Shown: piece by piece, positions 8,819 through 18,350 of the stretch
Numbering within the stretch: the first letter of the stretch is position 1
How the letters are laid out: each line of letters starts with the position of its first letter
IMG/VR virus record: IMGVR_UViG_3300036846_000573
Coordinates: 1 to 61,379 of that record
DNA: 61,379 nucleotides
Strand: one strand, 5' to 3'
DNA from: a virus
Taxonomy: Duplodnaviria; Caudoviricetes
Position numbers and translations under genes: made by a program
Notes under the pieces: generated by a model
What the model saw: only the letters and a program-made list of their open reading frames with translations
The model's database searches: none
What the model was told of the DNA's origin: nothing

Positions 8819-10232
8819 GGTCGTCCTTACCCGGGAGCAGGAAGAGACGCGGCTTGCGGCGCACGCTGCGTTTATGAAATACGCGGCGTTCTTTGCGTAT
8901 TTTTACTATGATCAGGTCGAGGAATATCCCACGCTGGGAGTGCCGACGGCGGCGACCGACGGCAAGCGGCACTTTTTCAATCCGGAATATTATTCTAAAC
9001 TAAAACCCTTGGAGCGCTGTTTCGCCAAGGCGCACGAGGTCTGGCATATAATTTATAAACATCCCCAGCGCATGAAGTTCTATGCGCAGCAGGGGAACCT
9101 CGATGGGTTGCCGTTCATCCCCGCGTTATTTAATACTGCAGCGGATTACGTTATTAATGCAGACCTGATTGCCAGCAAGATAGGCACCTGCAACCCGAAC
9201 TGGTTGTACGACCCGAGATTCACAGGCGATATGCTGGCGGAGGATGTGTATAAGATATTATACAACGAGTTGCCCAAGCCGCCGCCACAACCGCCGGGTC
9301 GAGGCAAAGGTCCAGAGGGTTACCCCGGCCCCGGTGGTAAGCCGGGCGACGAGAAAGGTCCGGGGGGTTATCCTGGCCCCACGACTGGTAGTGGGGACGA
9401 GCCCAACGACGAACCCCAACCCGGCGAACCAACCATAACCGGGTTCAAGCCAAAGACCTATGGCGGCAAGAACTCCCCGCCGGATAAGGTGGCCGAAGCC
9501 AACAACGGCATGATGGACGAGATCCTGCCGCCGATGACCGACCCGGATACCGGCAAAGACGACGTGGCGTCGGAGATGGAGTTCAAGGAAGCCATCGCGC
9601 GAGCGGTCGACGAGGTGGAGAAATCCCACGGCACATTGCCCGGAAGTATCAAGCGGGTGGTGAAAGATATCCTGGAGCCGCAGGTCGAGTGGCGCGAGAA
9701 GATCCGCATGGAGGTGACCGGCAAGATCGGGTGGCGCGGCGAGACGTGGGAGCGGCCCAACCGCAGGCGATTGGTTTTATCTGCGATGGGCAGCGGGCTG
9801 CCGGTGTACATGCCGGGGCGCTCGCGGTTCGGTGCCGAGCTTGTGGTCTGCGTCGTGGATAACTCCGGCAGTATCAGCGAGCGGGAGCTAAGCGCGTTCT
9901 TTGGCGAGATGAACGGGATACTCTCGGATTGCAGGCCCAAGAACATCATGGTGATCTGGTGCGACGCTAAAATTCATCGGGTTGCCGAGGCGTCGAGCCT
10001 GGACGAGCTAAGCGACATCAGGGTGAAGGGATCGACAGGCGGCGGCGGCACCGACTTCAAGCCGCCATTCGAGTATCTGTCGGAGAAGAACCTTAAGCCC
10101 GACACGCTGGTGTATCTCACCGATATGGAGCCGGGTTATGGCTGGCCCGCCGACCCGGGTTATCCAACAATCTGGTGCGCGACGACGGATCGCGTGGGTC
10201 CGTTCGGCGAGACCGTGCGCGTTAAGGTGTAA
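8787..10232 (+). CDS. DUF2201-type metallopeptidase-VWA protein
   Basis: TAATDG, HEVWH (HExxH), MIDAS DNSGS, GGGTDF, YLTD. Confidence 0.85.
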   Translation: MSSHRMSLPRKVVLTREQEETRLAAHAAFMKYAAFFAYFYYDQVEEYPTLGVPTAATDGKRHFFNPEYYSKLKPLERCFAKAHEVWHIIYKHPQRMKFYAQQGNLDGLPFIPALFNTAADYVINADLIASKIGTCNPNWLYDPRFTGDMLAEDVYKILYNELPKPPPQPPGRGKGPEGYPGPGGKPGDEKGPGGYPGPTTGSGDEPNDEPQPGEPTITGFKPKTYGGKNSPPDKVAEANNGMMDEILPPMTDPDTGKDDVASEMEFKEAIARAVDEVEKSHGTLPGSIKRVVKDILEPQVEWREKIRMEVTGKIGWRGETWERPNRRRLVLSAMGSGLPVYMPGRSRFGAELVVCVVDNSGSISERELSAFFGEMNGILSDCRPKNIMVIWCDAKIHRVAEASSLDELSDIRVKGSTGGGGTDFKPPFEYLSEKNLKPDTLVYLTDMEPGYGWPADPGYPTIWCATTDRVGPFGETVRVKV

Positions 10233-10256
10233 TAAGTTAACCAATGGAGCAAGACG

Positions 10257-10460
10257 ATGAGCGAGTATGCGTTTGATATAAAATTATGGGCCGTTGTTCG
10301 CATCACCGCTAACAGCGAGGCGGAGGCGCGCAAGCTGCTAAGCAAGATCGACTGCATCGGCCTCGCCTACCACGACAACGATATCGTGCTGACCGAGGCT
10401 AGCATCGAGGACGATGGCGGCCAGAGCGAGCTATTCGAGATCGACAGCGAGCCGGTATGA
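10257..10460 (+). CDS. Hypothetical protein
   Basis: GGAG RBS. Confidence 0.7.
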   Translation: MSEYAFDIKLWAVVRITANSEAEARKLLSKIDCIGLAYHDNDIVLTEASIEDDGGQSELFEIDSEPV

Positions 10461-10789
10461 GCGACGATGATAAGCCGGGAAGGATAACTCTGCGCCCGGT
10501 GACACTCCCGGTGTTGACACCGGGGGTGCACAACCCCGAAGATGCACCGTGGTGGGAGTTCACCTGCGACGAAGTGGACCCCACGACGGTCGTGACACAG
10601 TGGATGGGGCAGGCCGCTCAGGTTTTTGGGCAGCGGCTTGCCAACCGTGCGGCGAGCGGCAGCGTCATCGTCGAGTGTATGTATATGTCGCTCGATGGAG
10701 CGAGCGGACTATACAGGGTAATAGCCCACGGTCGTCGAGTTCATAACTACATCGTGATCAGTCGCGGTGACATGGTCGAGAAACCTTAA
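10457..10789 (+). CDS. Hypothetical protein
   Basis: ATGA coupling. Confidence 0.65.
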   Translation: MSDDDKPGRITLRPVTLPVLTPGVHNPEDAPWWEFTCDEVDPTTVVTQWMGQAAQVFGQRLANRAASGSVIVECMYMSLDGASGLYRVIAHGRRVHNYIVISRGDMVEKP

Positions 10790-10804
10790 AATGGAGCTAC
10801 CACA

Positions 10805-11569
10805 ATGCCTAACTGGAAAATCACGGATAATCTTAAGTGGGAGGTCAAGCGTGAGGTAACTCGCCTGATGGAGCTGCGCGTCAAGGCGGTGTATCAGGAC
10901 TTCCCGCTGAGCCACAACGACATTGAGCGGGCGACGACACCGGAGTGGGCGCGCAGGAATTTAGCGGAGTTAAAGAAAGCCGGGGCCGAGTCGATCACGC
11001 GGACCGATAGGATTAATGCCAGACTTAGCGGCGAGGGTATCACGCGGGCAGCATTGGTGGGTATGCACTCGGATAAACAATTATATTATATGTACGAAGC
11101 GCAAGCCCACTGGCGCTACGCCAGGGATGAGTTCAAGAAACATGACACCGGCAAGCTGCCGTTCGATCTTAGCGTGCTAGACCCGGAGACCAGGGCTAAG
11201 CTTGTCACCTGGGTCAACACCGCTGTTCGAGAGCGGCGCATCTGTTCTGGCACCGAGAACTTGGCGGGGGTGTTCCTATCCTCCTATTGCCCGACACTGG
11301 CGCATATGAATGCGCGCTGGCCGGACCTGAAGGTGGTATTCGGCAAGCTCGACGGTAACTGGCCGCAACGTATACGTAACCTGCCGATGCGCGAGTTGTC
11401 ACGCTGGCAGTGGCCGGAGCAGTATAATTCTGAGCGCGACTGGTTCGAGTCGAACAAGCTGCGCCTGGAAGCAGCGGGGCAAGTCCTGGCCGGGGCATTA
11501 TTCCTCGACCGTAAGGTGGAGTACCCAAAGACCAGCACGTCGGGTATCATCGATAGTTGGGAGGGGTGA
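10805..11569 (+). CDS. Hypothetical protein, 254 aa
   Basis: GGAGCTACCACA RBS. Confidence 0.8.
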   Translation: MPNWKITDNLKWEVKREVTRLMELRVKAVYQDFPLSHNDIERATTPEWARRNLAELKKAGAESITRTDRINARLSGEGITRAALVGMHSDKQLYYMYEAQAHWRYARDEFKKHDTGKLPFDLSVLDPETRAKLVTWVNTAVRERRICSGTENLAGVFLSSYCPTLAHMNARWPDLKVVFGKLDGNWPQRIRNLPMRELSRWQWPEQYNSERDWFESNKLRLEAAGQVLAGALFLDRKVEYPKTSTSGIIDSWEG

Positions 11570-11570
11570 G

Positions 11571-13487
11571 GTGATAATTTCGGGGGATTTCGAGACATAC
11601 TGGTCCAAGGATTATTCCCTAACCAAGCTGTCAGAGGTCGAGTACGTCCTCGACCCGAGGTTCCAGGTCATCATGCTCGCCCTCAAGCTGGGTGACCAAC
11701 CTAGTAAGGTATATGTCGGATACGACGCTATCGCCCGCCGCCTCCAGTCCATCGACTGGGGGCGCGCGGCGTGGCTGAGCCATAACACCCGCTTTGATGG
11801 AAGTATTCTAAGCTGGCACTTTGGCTATGTGCCGAAGCTTTATCTCGACACGCTGAGCATGGCCCGCGCGACGACGCACTGGGTCACCGGGCGTTCGTCG
11901 CTGGCGAAAATCTCCGAGTACCTCAAGCTCCCGCCTAAAGGCGACGAGGTCGTGCGTGCTATGGACAAGCGCCTGGAGGATTTTACCTATGAAGAATTAG
12001 AAAATTATAAAACCTACTGCATGCGGGACAATGATAACTGTTATGAGATATTTAAAAAACTCAGGCCCATATTCTCGGCCAGTGAGCTACAAATAATAGA
12101 TTTAATTTTGCGCATGTTCATCCAGCCGCAAGTGGTTCTCGATACGAGCGTGCTGTCGAGATACCTACAAAATGTGCAGGCCGAGAAGGCTGAGATCCTT
12201 GACCGGGTTCTCGGTGGTATCGACAAGGGCGTGTTTAGCTCGAATCAAAAGTTTGCTAGACTGCTGGAAGACTACGGCGTCGATGTGCCGATGAAACTAT
12301 CCCCGACCACGGGCAAGCTTATCCCTGCCACCGCGCGCAACGACCGTGCGTTTAAACTACTATGCGCCGACGAGGAGCAGCCGCCCGAGGTGCAGGCGCT
12401 GCTGCATGCCCGAGTCAGCGTCAAATCGACGATCGAGGAGACCCGCACCGCAAACCTGCTGCGCCTGTCCTGTTGCAACTGGCCCGATAAGACCAAGGGC
12501 TGGGGGCCGGTGCCGCTCAAATACTCTGGCGCGCGCACGCATCGGCTATCAGGTGACGGCGGCACCAACTGGCAGAACTTCAAACGCGGGTCGCCGATAC
12601 GCGAGGCCATCATGGCCCCGCCGGGCTACCGGGTGGTGCACCGGGACGCATCGCAGATCGAGGCGCGCATGGTGGCATGGCTGGCGCAGTGCCATAGCCT
12701 TACCTCCGCCTTTGCCATGGGCCGGGATGTCTACTCCGAGTTTGCCACCGCGATATATGGGCGCGGGATAACCAAGGCCAACACGCTGGAAAGATTTGTC
12801 GGCAAGACTGCAATCCTGGGTCTCGGTTATGGCTGCGGCGTTGAGAAGTTTCAGCATATGTTATTCATTGGCAATGGCGGCCTGAGCCTCAACGTGACGC
12901 CGGAGTTTGCCAAGTCTACAGTTTACCAATATCGCAATACATACTACGAGATCCCCGCATTGTGGGCGCATGTCGAACATTTGCTGGCGGATCTGGTGCA
13001 GCTAGCGCGCCGCCCCCGCCAGTTCTCGTTCTTCGAGTCACTACACACAGCGATGCCCTCGCTCTCACTACCAGTCGTGACAGGGTTCGATGCATTATGG
13101 TTACCCAACGGATTATGTATTAACTATCCAAACATCAGGTGGTATCGCGACGACCAGACCGGCAAGTGGGAGTTGTGCTACGACGACCCGCAGGGCGTGC
13201 GTAAGATTTATGGCGCCAAAGGCGTCGAGAATATCTCGCAGGCGCTAGCCCGGATCGTCGTGACCGACGCGATGGTACGTACGTACCAAGCAACGGGTTA
13301 CCGGCCGTTTCTGTCGACGCATGATAGTTTGGATTACTGCGTGCCGGAGGACAAGGCCGAGGAAATCGACGCCATGTTATCGAGCCAGTTCGGTATCACG
13401 CCGGACTGGGCAGAGGGCTTGCCCTTGGCAAGCGAAGGCGGCTGGGGGCGCACGCTGCTGGAGGCAGAGCGGGGAGTGAACGCATGA
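11571..13487 (+). CDS. Family A DNA polymerase with 3'-5' exonuclease
   Basis: Exo DFET, HNTRFD, YCMRD; Pol motif A DASQIEAR, motif B RFVGKTAILGLGYG, motif C HDS. Confidence 0.93.
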   Translation: MIISGDFETYWSKDYSLTKLSEVEYVLDPRFQVIMLALKLGDQPSKVYVGYDAIARRLQSIDWGRAAWLSHNTRFDGSILSWHFGYVPKLYLDTLSMARATTHWVTGRSSLAKISEYLKLPPKGDEVVRAMDKRLEDFTYEELENYKTYCMRDNDNCYEIFKKLRPIFSASELQIIDLILRMFIQPQVVLDTSVLSRYLQNVQAEKAEILDRVLGGIDKGVFSSNQKFARLLEDYGVDVPMKLSPTTGKLIPATARNDRAFKLLCADEEQPPEVQALLHARVSVKSTIEETRTANLLRLSCCNWPDKTKGWGPVPLKYSGARTHRLSGDGGTNWQNFKRGSPIREAIMAPPGYRVVHRDASQIEARMVAWLAQCHSLTSAFAMGRDVYSEFATAIYGRGITKANTLERFVGKTAILGLGYGCGVEKFQHMLFIGNGGLSLNVTPEFAKSTVYQYRNTYYEIPALWAHVEHLLADLVQLARRPRQFSFFESLHTAMPSLSLPVVTGFDALWLPNGLCINYPNIRWYRDDQTGKWELCYDDPQGVRKIYGAKGVENISQALARIVVTDAMVRTYQATGYRPFLSTHDSLDYCVPEDKAEEIDAMLSSQFGITPDWAEGLPLASEGGWGRTLLEAERGVNA

Positions 13488-13807
13488 GCGTGTGGCATTA
13501 TACCCCGACGCCGTCGACTGCCGCCGCGATGGCGGTGCTGCGGGCACACCGCGCGGCTCAGATCGCCATTGCCCAGCAGGTTGCGGTGCATCTTATCAGG
13601 CGGAAGGGCAAGACCAACAGCCGCGAGGTGTGGGAGGTCATGCGCCTGACCGGCGTGCTCGACACGACGGTCAAGGACCACTGGCTGGGGGCGGTGTTTC
13701 GCGACAAGGCGGTGTTTAAATGGACCGGCACCTACGTGATACCGACGCTGCCCAATGGCACGCTGATCCACCAGCAGCGTCACGTAAAGGAATGGACATT
13801 AATATGA
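13484..13807 (+). CDS. Hypothetical protein
   Basis: Coupled ORF. Confidence 0.65.
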   Translation: MSVWHYTPTPSTAAAMAVLRAHRAAQIAIAQQVAVHLIRRKGKTNSREVWEVMRLTGVLDTTVKDHWLGAVFRDKAVFKWTGTYVIPTLPNGTLIHQQRHVKEWTLI

Positions 13808-14481
13808 ATGGTATGAGAGAATTTGCGTGGAGCTACTCCAGGCTCAAATCGTTCGAGACCTGCCCGAAGCGACACCTTCATTACGATATATTGAAAGATA
13901 TAAAAGAACCTGAGACCGGGCAGATGGCCGAGGGCAACGCTGTCCATAAGGCGTTAGAACTTAGAATAAAGACGAAGCAAAAACTCCCCCTCGGGATGGG
14001 GCAGTACGAGGAGATTGCCTCCAAGCTCGAAACCCTGCCGGGTGAGATCTACACCGAGCAGAAACTCGCGCTGACCGAGGAGTTCAAACCCGTCGCGTTT
14101 TTTGGCAAGGGCGTGTGGTTCAGGACCGTCGTGGATTTTTGTAATGTGGAGGGGGAACGCGCGGCTGTCATCGACTACAAGACCGGCAAGCCGGCCGAGG
14201 ACAGGACGCAACTGCAATTATTATCGGCGACGGTGTTTCACCACCAGCCCGATGTCCAGCGCATCAGCGCCCGGCTGTTGTTTTTAAACCACGACCACGC
14301 GGAGCGTGCGCTGTTTATGCGCAATGATTTATCGGGGATATGGTCGAGCATGCTGCCGAGGGTGAAGAGATTACGCAAGGCTATGGAGGATCAGGAGTAC
14401 CCGCCTAAACCCAGCGGGTTGTGCCGGCGATACTGTGCCGTGGTCAGTTGCCCGTATCACGGAGTAGGATCAGCGCCATGA
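13804..14481 (+). CDS. PD-(D/E)XK (RecB/Cas4-like) exonuclease
   Basis: WSYSRLKSFETCP, GNAVH, IDYKTGK, C-terminal CRRYC...CPY; start taken at ATG 13804. Confidence 0.88.
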   Translation: MNGMREFAWSYSRLKSFETCPKRHLHYDILKDIKEPETGQMAEGNAVHKALELRIKTKQKLPLGMGQYEEIASKLETLPGEIYTEQKLALTEEFKPVAFFGKGVWFRTVVDFCNVEGERAAVIDYKTGKPAEDRTQLQLLSATVFHHQPDVQRISARLLFLNHDHAERALFMRNDLSGIWSSMLPRVKRLRKAMEDQEYPPKPSGLCRRYCAVVSCPYHGVGSAP

Positions 14482-14759
14482 GTGTTATTAATAACAATGT
14501 TATTAGCAACAACGCCTATGCCGGTCAGTATTTCGATACCATCATCGCCAGCCAGCTTCCCGGTGATTTATTAAAACGTTTAGATCTTACAGCAGAAGTG
14601 ACGTCCGATCCGTATTTTCTAAAGACCGTACTAAGATTAACCAGTAAAAACCATGGTATAGACTTGACAATTGATCTCGAACCCTTACGTACTGGCAGCC
14701 GGGAGGCATGCCTTAAGGTGCCGGAGTTAATCATCACGCATCTGTGTGCCGTGAGATGA
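14478..14759 (+). CDS. Hypothetical protein
   Basis: Coupled ORF, ATG 14478. Confidence 0.6.
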   Translation: MSVINNNVISNNAYAGQYFDTIIASQLPGDLLKRLDLTAEVTSDPYFLKTVLRLTSKNHGIDLTIDLEPLRTGSREACLKVPELIITHLCAVR

Positions 14760-15067
14760 CACCCGAGAGTAAAATCAAGCGTGTCATCAGCACGCTGTTA
14801 AAATCTTATGGTCACGAGGTGTTTTATTATATGCCGGTGCCGACCGGGTACGGTGGGACCATCGTGGATTACGTAGGATTTTGCTGCGGGTTGGGGTTCG
14901 CCATCGAGGCCAAGGCGCCGGGTAGGAAGCCGACTGTCCGTCAGAAAGCGACGATGGAGAAAATCTCCGAGGCCGGCGCAAAAACTTTTATCATCGATGG
15001 ACCAAAGGGTGTCGGTGAGTTAGACGAGTGGCTGACCACTACCTGTCGTGAAAGCCGTAAATCGTGA
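14756..15067 (+). CDS. VRR-NUC domain nuclease / Holliday junction resolvase
   Basis: TPESKIK, D...AIEAKAPGRKPTVRQ. Confidence 0.85.
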   Translation: MTPESKIKRVISTLLKSYGHEVFYYMPVPTGYGGTIVDYVGFCCGLGFAIEAKAPGRKPTVRQKATMEKISEAGAKTFIIDGPKGVGELDEWLTTTCRESRKS

Positions 15068-15938
15068 GAGCACCGAGATAAGGGAGCGAGCCGTAAGTCG
15101 TGAGAGTACCGATGTGGATGAGTGAGCCGAACGATGTGAGAGTACCGACCAAAGGGAGCGAGCCGCACCACAAGAGAGAACCGTCGAGATGAAGCGAGCC
15201 GCGAACGAAGAGAGAACCGTCTCTCGGGAGCGAACCGAGTTATGTGAGAGGACCGAGAGGTGCGAGTGAGCCGTGCGATATGAGAGAACCGTCGCTTGTG
15301 AGCGCAGCCGTACTGGCTGAGAGAACCGAGGTGAATGAGCGAGCCGTTGGTCACGAGAGTACCGAGCAAGAGGAGTGAGCCGAAGGTCGCGAGAGTACCG
15401 AGTAAGTCGAGTGAGCCGTGCTACCCGAGAGAACCGTGATGAACGAGCGAGCCGACGGTCACGAGAGTACCGAGGAAATCGAGCGGCTACTCGCTTGGGT
15501 GGCTGGTATTTGGCCCAGTCTGGAGGCGCAACTGCGCGCAGCCATAAGCCGAGTGTTACAAGAGAACCGAGATAGATGAGCGAGCCGGAACTGCTGAGAG
15601 TACCGTGTTGCCCGAGTGAGCCGAATGTATCGAGAGAGCCGTGAACCAAGAGCGAACCGAGTGCTGCGAGAGGACCGAAAATACGGAGTGAGCCGCATCA
15701 TCAGAGAGAACCGAAAGTTCTGAGTAAGCCGTGTACCAGGAGAGAACCGAAACCGCTGAGCGAGCCGTACGTCGTGAGAGAACCGAAAGTTCTGAGCGAG
15801 CCGTCCGTGATGAAAGAACCGAGGAATGCGAGCCGAGTGTCACGAGAGAACCGAGATCGTTGAGTGAGCCGACTACTAAGAGAGAACCGCACCGTATGAG
15901 TGAGCCGAGTTCACTGAGAGCACCGAAAGCGCTGAGCG
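15053..15938 (+). repeat. TIGR-like array 1: 23 units of 36 nt, with one interruption
   Basis: Alternating GAGYGAGCCG and GAGAGWACCG repeats separated by variable 8-nt spacers; 12 units, ~60-nt insert at 15486-15546, then 11 units. Confidence 0.92.
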
Positions 15939-15949
15939 TAATTTAACCA

Positions 15950-17536
15950 ATGGAGCCCCCTAAAATGTACGTCACGCAGGACACTCTGCATGTCGTTGTG
16001 CCATGGCGCGCCGACCTGCAGCAAGTCATCCCTCATGCGCGATCGTTTGTGTATAACAACGAGCGCATGCTGCTCGTACCCAACCGGCATGAGGAAGCCA
16101 AGGTCGCGAGAAATCTAGGCGTCCCGATACCAGCGCCCATACTTACACGTTACGACTGGCGCGGCGGCACGCCGTGGGATACTCAAAAAACCACGTCGGC
16201 AATGCTGACCGAATCACCCCGCGCCTATGTGCTCAACGAGTTTGGCACGGGTAAGACGCGGAGCGTGATATGGGCGGCCGACTATCTGCGGCGCAACCAA
16301 GCCATCGGCAAGGTCTTGATCGCCGCGCCGTTGAGCACACTCACACCGGTGTGGGAGACTGAGTTATTTAGGGTGATCCCCAATGCGCGGGTAAAAGTTT
16401 TACACGGCAACAAGGAGACGCGCCTCGAACGTCTGAACACTGATGCCGATTGGTTTATTATAAATCATCATGGGTTGGCATTGATCAAGGACGAACTGAT
16501 CAAGCGTGGTTTTGATGTGGTTGTGTTCGACGAGTTGGCGACGTTTCGTAATCGGTCGACCCAACTCTGGAAGACCGCCAATGAGATCATTCAAGGCGGC
16601 CCGGCTTACGCCAACAACCCTAAACCAAAATATGTCTGGGGATTGACCGGATCACCGACACCCAAGGCGCCGACCGATGCCTGGGGGCAAGTGAGATTGC
16701 TAACCCCGGAAAGAACCACGAAAAGCCTTACTCGGTTTCGCGATTTAACCATGCGCCAGATCACGAGCTTTAAATGGATCAAGCGCCCGGGAGCGATGGA
16801 CATCGTGCAGGAGGCGATGCAACCATCCGTTCGCTTCGCGTTGTCTGATGTTGTCGAGCTACCCGACACAACGTACCAGACGCGGGTGGTGGAGTTGGAG
16901 AGCGAAGCGCGTCGAGCCTATAAAATTATGTTCGATAAGATGAGAGTCCTAACCAATAACGGCGAGACAATCACCGCTGTCAACGAGGGTGTGCTGCAAT
17001 CTAAGTTACTACAGCTAGCGCTGGGTTATATCTACACCGATAAGCGTGGCGTCATGAAGCTTCCGAACGCGACGCGGTTGGAGGTAGTGAAAGAAATCGT
17101 CGAGGCGACATCGCGCAAGGTTATATGTTTTGTGCCATTCATTCACGCGCTCGAAGGCGTGGCGGAGTACTTACAGAAATACACGACGGTTGCGGTGGTG
17201 CACGGACAGACACCGGTGGGTGCGCGCAATAAAATTTTCCGCAGTTTTATGGAGCAATCAGAACCACATACGATCGTGGCGCATCCCGGGTGTATGTCAC
17301 ACGGCTTGACACTCACAGCGGCCAATACCATTGTGTGGGTTGGACCGACCAATTCATATGAAACGTACGAACAGGCTAACGCCAGGATCGTAAGGCCGGG
17401 TCAGGTGTCGAAGACGCTGATCGTGCATGTCGTTGCGACGCCTGTCGAGAAGCTGGCTTACAAGCGCCTGCAAGAGCGTGGGACATTTCAGGGCATGTTG
17501 TTGGAATTGTTCCGGCAACAGGAGTTAGAGTTTTAG
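15950..17536 (+). CDS. SNF2-family (SF2) helicase
   Basis: GTGKT, APLS, FDELA, LTGSP, HGLTLT, QANARIVRPGQ. Confidence 0.92.
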   Translation: MEPPKMYVTQDTLHVVVPWRADLQQVIPHARSFVYNNERMLLVPNRHEEAKVARNLGVPIPAPILTRYDWRGGTPWDTQKTTSAMLTESPRAYVLNEFGTGKTRSVIWAADYLRRNQAIGKVLIAAPLSTLTPVWETELFRVIPNARVKVLHGNKETRLERLNTDADWFIINHHGLALIKDELIKRGFDVVVFDELATFRNRSTQLWKTANEIIQGGPAYANNPKPKYVWGLTGSPTPKAPTDAWGQVRLLTPERTTKSLTRFRDLTMRQITSFKWIKRPGAMDIVQEAMQPSVRFALSDVVELPDTTYQTRVVELESEARRAYKIMFDKMRVLTNNGETITAVNEGVLQSKLLQLALGYIYTDKRGVMKLPNATRLEVVKEIVEATSRKVICFVPFIHALEGVAEYLQKYTTVAVVHGQTPVGARNKIFRSFMEQSEPHTIVAHPGCMSHGLTLTAANTIVWVGPTNSYETYEQANARIVRPGQVSKTLIVHVVATPVEKLAYKRLQERGTFQGMLLELFRQQELEF

Positions 17537-18310
17537 CCGCTTTGTCGGAGAGTGCCGAGTACCGTGAGCGAGCGAGCCGTTCCAAAGGAGAGGGCCGTAT
17601 GGGATGAGCGAGCCGTCAGGGCATGAGAGTACCGGATAGAATGAGCGGGCCGATTGTGATGTGAGCACCGTCAGTATCGAGCGAGCCGTTTGGTCTGAGA
17701 GTACCGAGAGTTGTGAGCGAGCCGGCAGCGAGGAGAGGACCGATCGTCTAGAGCGAGCCGTGCCGGAAGAGAGCGCCGTCTACGAGGAGTGAGCCGCCCA
17801 TCATGAGAGAACCGAGTAGCACGAGCGAGCCGGGCTGTGTGAGAGCACCGATTTGAGGAGTGAGCCGAGAAACAGGAGAGAACCGAAGTAGATGAGTGAG
17901 CCGAAGAACCGGAGAGAACCGGTGAGCAAGAGCGAGCCGAAGAACAAGAGAGAACCGCGCCCGTTGAGTGAGCCGAAGTGCATGAGAGTACCGCGTCCGA
18001 CGAGCGAGCCGCTCGACCTGAGAGAACCGTGGACGAAGAGTGAGAGGCGAGCCGAAACTAGCGAGAGAGCCGAGAGAGTTGAGCAAATGAGTGAGCCGGT
18101 CAACGTGAGAGAACCGTATGAAGTGAGCGAGCCGGCCCGTATGAGAGAACCGTAGGCGGGGAGCGAGCCGAGGAAGATGGAGAGAACCGCACAGCTAGAG
18201 CGAGCCGCCCGCCATGAGAGAACCATCCGCCAAGAGTGAGCCGCCAAGTATGAGAGTACCGTGATGCGTGAGCGAGCCGTTTGATATGAGAGTACCGTCT
18301 CGCCTGAGTG
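17535..18310 (+). repeat. TIGR-like array 2: 21 units
   Basis: Same dual-repeat/dual-spacer 36-nt unit, with a few 7- or 9-nt spacers and short insertions. Confidence 0.92.
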
Positions 18311-18350
18311 TAAATTTTAACTTATCAATCTTAACTTAGGAGCTACCACA

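Noticed and set aside
13804-14481. Cas4 as an adaptation enzyme
   Set aside because: A common phage replication exonuclease; proximity to the arrays alone is insufficient
14941-18247. ORFs overlapping the arrays (e.g. 15020-15649, 17801-18247, 17892-18155)
   Set aside because: By-products of the 36-nt period; indels break the frames and there is no RBS
15053-18310. Calling the arrays CRISPR
   Set aside because: 10-nt alternating repeats with 8-nt spacers do not fit CRISPR geometry, and there are no cas1/cas2 or effector genes
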